This document shows, piece by piece, positions 59,495 to 64,000 of a stretch of 64,000 nt of DNA. The stretch lies in assembly GCF_965641715.1 (NCBI RefSeq), contig NZ_OZ282455.1; one strand, given 5' to 3'. The position numbers and the translations under genes are program-made. The notes under the pieces were generated by a model. That model was not told where the DNA came from. It made no database searches and was given only the letters and a program-made list of their open reading frames with translations. Origin of the DNA: Escherichia coli. GTDB lineage: Bacteria > Pseudomonadota > Gammaproteobacteria > Enterobacterales > Enterobacteriaceae. Position 1 is the first letter of the stretch. Every line of letters starts with the position of its first letter.

Positions 59495-61732
59495 TTATCC
59501 TTTTATTCCATCTTTATTATCATCCTTTGTGACATTTTTTAGTCTGTCCTCTCTAACTCCAGGGCTGTGTCTAATATTTCTATTAGAACCTGCAAAAATA
59601 TCTTTTACTGATGAGGTGAGGTTGCCAAGAGTATTTACACCATCTCTACCACCCAAGAAATTGATAACATGGTCAGGAAGATATGCTTGTAAAGCAAATA
59701 TTGCAGCTACAGACGTTGTACACATACGGGCGTAAATTAGCAGGAACCCGGCAAGGCTGAATATCCCTGTTAATGATTTTACCTGTACGTTAACTAGTGC
59801 TGCGCCAAACAGTGAGTTTAATATTGTGCCGACGGCAATGATGGCGACAGAGGCAAAAAAGAAACCGAATACCATGAGAGGTGGTCTTATCATGCTGTCA
59901 ATTAAGTATATATATCCGTAAGCTGCTCGACTTCCTCTGTCCTCTGATGTTCCTAGATGTGTTGCTGCCCACAGAGGCCCGGCGGTGCATCCTATTAATA
60001 CGCTTACTATCCAGTTCCCAATGCCTGTCATCCAGAAAATGAATGGTATAAATGGTAGGTAAATTGATAAGGAAAAACCCGCACAAAACAACAGGAACAA
60101 CAAGAAATATATTGGGGGAGCTGCAGCATCCAGCAGAGCAACAAATCCTTTAGGTAATCCAGAGAACAAATTAACAGCCTTTCCGAAAATAGAGTTATCA
60201 CCCATTGTCGCGAGAACTCTGACAGTTGTATATCCTGTCCAGAGAATTTCTGTTGTACCCAATGTATAATCGCCGATGTTTTTCATCTTAATTAATGGGT
60301 TAACTTGGTTGCTGGTTGTTCCTGTTCCTGACCATTCAGTAGCAGCTTGGTTTGTCCATTTTAATATGGTTGGCGCTATACTTTTCATGACCACACTTTG
60401 TGGGTCTGTGCTATTAGCTGCATTACTTTCATCTTGAGTTGTTATCGTTCCTATCGTTGGAGTATATGTGGAGTTCTGCAATTGAGTCTTGTATGCCCCC
60501 ATAACAGCACTAAATAAATCAGTATCGCCAACTTCCCCAAGTGATGACATTGAAGTTACAGCTGGAGCTCGGTCTGCCAGCTCTGCCAGACGTTGGTTAG
60601 CAGTGGCAAAGGTCTGATACCACGCGCCAAGCGTCACCCATCCATAGGTTGTGAGATAAGACTTGAGAGCTTCTTTCCTGGATTGTTCTCCGTTATCAAT
60701 AGGTAATGATTTTTGTACAGCACGTTCATACTCGTCGGCTGCTCTCTGAATCCGTGTCTCGATATCCGGCAATGTTCCGTTGCCAGAATTTCTTTTTTCC
60801 AGAAATGTTGTCACAAACTCACTGGCAGCGTTGTCCATGTCGCTAATCATATTATCCATGGCTGCACGTTGTGCTGAGATAACACCGCTGTATTCGTTTT
60901 TACTGAAGGGATTAAAGAATTTTCCAATCGTCGATTGATCTGTTGTTCCGTTTCCTTCTACTGACAGGCTGGCTGAACCACAGATACCGCTGCCATTGGA
61001 TACCGTGACAGTGTAATTACCACTGGCGGTTTTAGCTGATTCTGTCATCAGTGAAGTCGAGGATTTGACCGTCTGATTAAAATCATTTAGTCCTGCGTTA
61101 ACCGCATACTTACACAGTTCCATTTCAAAAATGCCACGCGCTGCTGTTCGTGTGGATGCCTGAACTGGCTGTACAGTCATTGAATAACCATTTGCGATAT
61201 TATCAGCGGCAAGTTGCACCATCACATTGGCGGACCCAACCCCCATTATCGATGCGCCCCATAACATAATGAGCTGAGCGATACTCCAGCCATTTCCGGT
61301 TGGAACGATCATCAGAAAACCTGCAACGACACTCAGTGTGCCGACGATATCGCGTCCGGTGCTGAATACCTGTCCCTGATGCCCCGAACGCACAACATGA
61401 CGGATACCAATGAACATAAACCAGACAACGGCAAGTACGGCGATGATACTGTTGAACGCCCCGAACATGCTTCCGATCAGAGTGGGGGCGCTGGTTGACA
61501 GTGGATTGGTGACTACATCACCGAATATCGTGACCAGCGCCTGACGGGACAGATCGTCAGGATTGGTTGCGGCAGACACAATATCCTGATAGGTCACTGA
61601 AGCCATTGCCGGCAGTGAGGATATAGCAAGGCCTGCACAGAGTGCGCGAAGTAAAATTTTCACAGTAACTCCGGAATAGAATTGCGTATGGGCAAAGGCC
61701 ACACAGGATTTAATTAAGGGGGATGGCGACAT
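59495..61732 (-). CDS. traY: conjugal transfer integral membrane protein TraY (DotA-like)
   Basis: 745-aa polytopic membrane protein; gene order traW-traX-traY-exc. Confidence 0.75.
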   Translation of the reverse strand: MSPSPLIKSCVAFAHTQFYSGVTVKILLRALCAGLAISSLPAMASVTYQDIVSAATNPDDLSRQALVTIFGDVVTNPLSTSAPTLIGSMFGAFNSIIAVLAVVWFMFIGIRHVVRSGHQGQVFSTGRDIVGTLSVVAGFLMIVPTGNGWSIAQLIMLWGASIMGVGSANVMVQLAADNIANGYSMTVQPVQASTRTAARGIFEMELCKYAVNAGLNDFNQTVKSSTSLMTESAKTASGNYTVTVSNGSGICGSASLSVEGNGTTDQSTIGKFFNPFSKNEYSGVISAQRAAMDNMISDMDNAASEFVTTFLEKRNSGNGTLPDIETRIQRAADEYERAVQKSLPIDNGEQSRKEALKSYLTTYGWVTLGAWYQTFATANQRLAELADRAPAVTSMSSLGEVGDTDLFSAVMGAYKTQLQNSTYTPTIGTITTQDESNAANSTDPQSVVMKSIAPTILKWTNQAATEWSGTGTTSNQVNPLIKMKNIGDYTLGTTEILWTGYTTVRVLATMGDNSIFGKAVNLFSGLPKGFVALLDAAAPPIYFLLFLLFCAGFSLSIYLPFIPFIFWMTGIGNWIVSVLIGCTAGPLWAATHLGTSEDRGSRAAYGYIYLIDSMIRPPLMVFGFFFASVAIIAVGTILNSLFGAALVNVQVKSLTGIFSLAGFLLIYARMCTTSVAAIFALQAYLPDHVINFLGGRDGVNTLGNLTSSVKDIFAGSNRNIRHSPGVREDRLKNVTKDDNKDGIKG

Positions 61733-61759
61733 GCCAGTGGTACTGGCATCTGGACGTGA

Positions 61760-62344
61760 TCAGTATTGTTTACTGGTTACGGCAATTAATGTGGCATTGC
61801 GCCAGCCATTGCGGTCGTTCAGAAAATCACGGAAAGTCCCCTGCTCGGGTTCGCTGACTTTTCGTTCATGCAACTGCCAGAGGCGGTATGTAACAATCAG
61901 TGCTCTGGAAGCACAAAGAGCGACGCCTGACAGTATCAACACAAGAGTGCTGATGGCGCGTACCAGAGTCGTAAGAGGTAATGAAGAGGCGGCAAAGAGC
62001 ATACCACTGAGAAACAAAGCGATGGCCAGCAGACTCCAGCAACAGAATCGCCATACTGTTCTGCGCCGGCGGAAACGACGATCCAGATCGTCTACTGACA
62101 TATGGCTGGCCTGCAGAGCTTCTTCCCACGTGAGGTGGAGTTGCGCCTTTTTATTATTTACCTGACGAAATCTGTCCAGCCTGCGTTTTTGTTGTTCCAG
62201 CATATGCTGTACAGAATTCGTTATCAGGCGAGTCTCCATCAGAGGAACAAAAATGTTAATAATCCCCCGGGTGGCTATGCGGGTTATGGATGGTGATTTT
62301 TTGACGTTTTTCGTCTGGTCTGAATTTTCCGGTAACTTATTCAT
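61760..62344 (-). CDS. traX: conjugal transfer protein TraX
   Basis: 194 aa with central TM helices; position. Confidence 0.6.
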   Translation of the reverse strand: MNKLPENSDQTKNVKKSPSITRIATRGIINIFVPLMETRLITNSVQHMLEQQKRRLDRFRQVNNKKAQLHLTWEEALQASHMSVDDLDRRFRRRRTVWRFCCWSLLAIALFLSGMLFAASSLPLTTLVRAISTLVLILSGVALCASRALIVTYRLWQLHERKVSEPEQGTFRDFLNDRNGWRNATLIAVTSKQY

Positions 62345-62372
62345 TTTTTCAGTCCTGTTCTGACGTCAGCTT

Positions 62373-63575
62373 TCAACGTGCGTTTGCCTGATTGATTGTT
62401 TTCTCAAGGCTACCGAGTTGTTTTTCATAATACTGGCGGGCGGTCAGAGCCAGTTGCTGTCCAGAGATGACATTACCCTGGCGGATCTGTTCTTTCAGGT
62501 CGTTCAGTTGCCAGTTCATTTGCGCAGTGATTCTTACCAGTTCACGGAGCAGGTTATCTCCCTGCATTTCCTGTAAATCCACCAGGTATGCTGTGTTGGC
62601 GTAGCGCCGGCCAGCCTCAAAAGCTTCAAACTCACGGGTACTCATATATCCCCGTGCTTTTGCTTCTGGTGAAGCCACCTGGTCGAAGTAAGCGGCCGCT
62701 GAGTCTGACTGCAGTGTTTCAGCCAGTGCTTTACGTGTGCTTTCATTAGGCGTGCTGTCAGCAATCAGCGTCAGTTGGGGATTCGACGCAGAATCAATGA
62801 TGCCGTTGTATTCGTTCTGGAGTCCGACGTAGGTTCGCCCACTCTGGGTATTCACTTCTCCTTTACCCAGAGCACGACCGGCAGAGGGGCGGGAAGTGTT
62901 TTTCATGTAAGCCGTCGCTGCATCTATTTGCTTCTGATCCCATGTCAGTGCTGCAGGTGTGTCCGCTGTACCTGCGCCGTGGTAAATCGAGCGTACCTGA
63001 CTGTCTCCACCTGGTATTTCGCCCACAGAAGGACAAACGGCGGTTCCTCCAAAACGTGCATATTCTGCTTCTGTACAGTAACTGGCGTGTATGGCCGCGC
63101 CATCATAAGCTTCCCGCACGGGAGAGTTTGCTGCGCTGGCCAGACGGTCGCGGATGCTACGGTTGCTCACACCGCCACCTTTACTGAGTTTTGAGGCTGC
63201 GGATGCTGAGGCACTTTTGCTTTCTGTTGCAATCCCTGATGCGGATTCACTGCAGATGGAGTCTGGCACGGTGAAGCTTTTCCGTGCCTCCTCGAGGCGC
63301 TGAGTTTCATTACTGAAAATCATCTGCTGACGTGTCGCCTGTCCGTTCTGGGCAATGACACTTGCCAGCTTTTCAGAGTTCTGATTGATAGCGGTACCCG
63401 TGGCTGTCTGGGTACTCAGTATGTTGCCAAGGACATCTTTGATGGCTTCCATTCTGGGGATGACCTGCTCTTCAACAGGCCGGCTGGCGACGACGGTGAC
63501 TGAATAAGCATGAGCCTGGCATGCCGTTCCACTCAGGGTGGCTATAAGGGCTGCGAGTAATGTTTTTCTTTGCAT
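62373..63575 (-). CDS. traW: conjugal transfer lipoprotein TraW
   Basis: 400 aa; signal peptide with lipobox LSGTAC (MQRKTLLAALIATLSGTACQA). Confidence 0.65.
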   Translation of the reverse strand: MQRKTLLAALIATLSGTACQAHAYSVTVVASRPVEEQVIPRMEAIKDVLGNILSTQTATGTAINQNSEKLASVIAQNGQATRQQMIFSNETQRLEEARKSFTVPDSICSESASGIATESKSASASAASKLSKGGGVSNRSIRDRLASAANSPVREAYDGAAIHASYCTEAEYARFGGTAVCPSVGEIPGGDSQVRSIYHGAGTADTPAALTWDQKQIDAATAYMKNTSRPSAGRALGKGEVNTQSGRTYVGLQNEYNGIIDSASNPQLTLIADSTPNESTRKALAETLQSDSAAAYFDQVASPEAKARGYMSTREFEAFEAGRRYANTAYLVDLQEMQGDNLLRELVRITAQMNWQLNDLKEQIRQGNVISGQQLALTARQYYEKQLGSLEKTINQANAR

Positions 63576-63967
63576 TTTATTGTCTCCTGCTCGGGATGGA
63601 GCACAAGGTCAGGAAGGCTGTCGTATTTTCTGTTTTCAGGTAGTGGGGCCAGTGGGAAACACTGAAATCGCCTGGTGATATAACCTTTCCTGTTCCGGTT
63701 ATCGATGATGCTGAAAGAACGACGTCTGACGCGCCGTAAGGTGGAAGGGTCAGTATCCATAACAGGCCAGTCACCGGCACTCAGTGCCGGCGTTCCGGGA
63801 ACGGATGGCCATAACCAGGTATCATCGGACATCAGCGAAGCCAGCGGTGAAGGGAGTATCCACTGGATGACATGCTGAACGTCGAATGGTGCTTCATCCG
63901 GGACAGAAACCTGCCATATTGCCGTTGTTATCAGCTCATCTGTGCTGGACGGCAACAACAACCGCAT
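63542..63967 (-). CDS. traV: conjugal transfer protein TraV-like (start near window edge)
   Basis: 141-aa ORF overlapping traW start; position in tra operon. Confidence 0.45.
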   Translation of the reverse strand: MRLLLPSSTDELITTAIWQVSVPDEAPFDVQHVIQWILPSPLASLMSDDTWLWPSVPGTPALSAGDWPVMDTDPSTLRRVRRRSFSIIDNRNRKGYITRRFQCFPLAPLPENRKYDSLPDLVLHPEQETIKCKEKHYSQPL

Positions 63968-64000
63968 GCCTGTAACCTTTCCCTGTGTTCTGGCATCCGA

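Overview
This window reads as a segment of an enterobacterial conjugative plasmid with an IncI1 (R64/ColIb-P9-like) backbone; all calls are from reading the sequence and ORF translations, with no database search run. In order: a replication initiator gene and origin-like region (1-1980); a RelE/ParE-type toxin-antitoxin pair; a ~13.5 kb composite resistance region (2574-16128) made of a truncated Tn5393 (strB, strA, 5'-truncated IS3-family element) abutting a Tn1722/Tn1721-like transposon whose tnpA is split by a Tn2/Tn3 copy carrying blaTEM-1 with a GTGTA target-site duplication; backbone genes of mostly unknown function (FinO-domain protein, an AT-rich orphan gene, a 4-gene operon encoding KfrA-like, unknown, DUF2971-like and HEPN/Abi_C-like proteins, and a DUF3800-like gene behind a hexanucleotide repeat); a ResD-like recombinase; two divergent partition systems (ParFG-like and ParMR); a LexA-box-controlled dinI/umuD/umuC-like operon; a leading region (about 32.4-48.2 kb) with an orphan methyltransferase, KlcA/ArdB, SSB, ParB-like nuclease, PsiB/PsiA, an ArdA gene carrying an in-frame amber stop, an Rpn nuclease, and two families of dispersed 350-500 bp repeats; then oriT-nikA-nikB, trbC-trbB-trbA, hok-type pndCA, and excA-traY-traX-traW-traV. 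No rRNA, tRNA or CRISPR array was seen. The most noteworthy items are the ardA nonsense codon, the HEPN/DUF2971 operon, the leading-region repeat families, and the nested transposon architecture.
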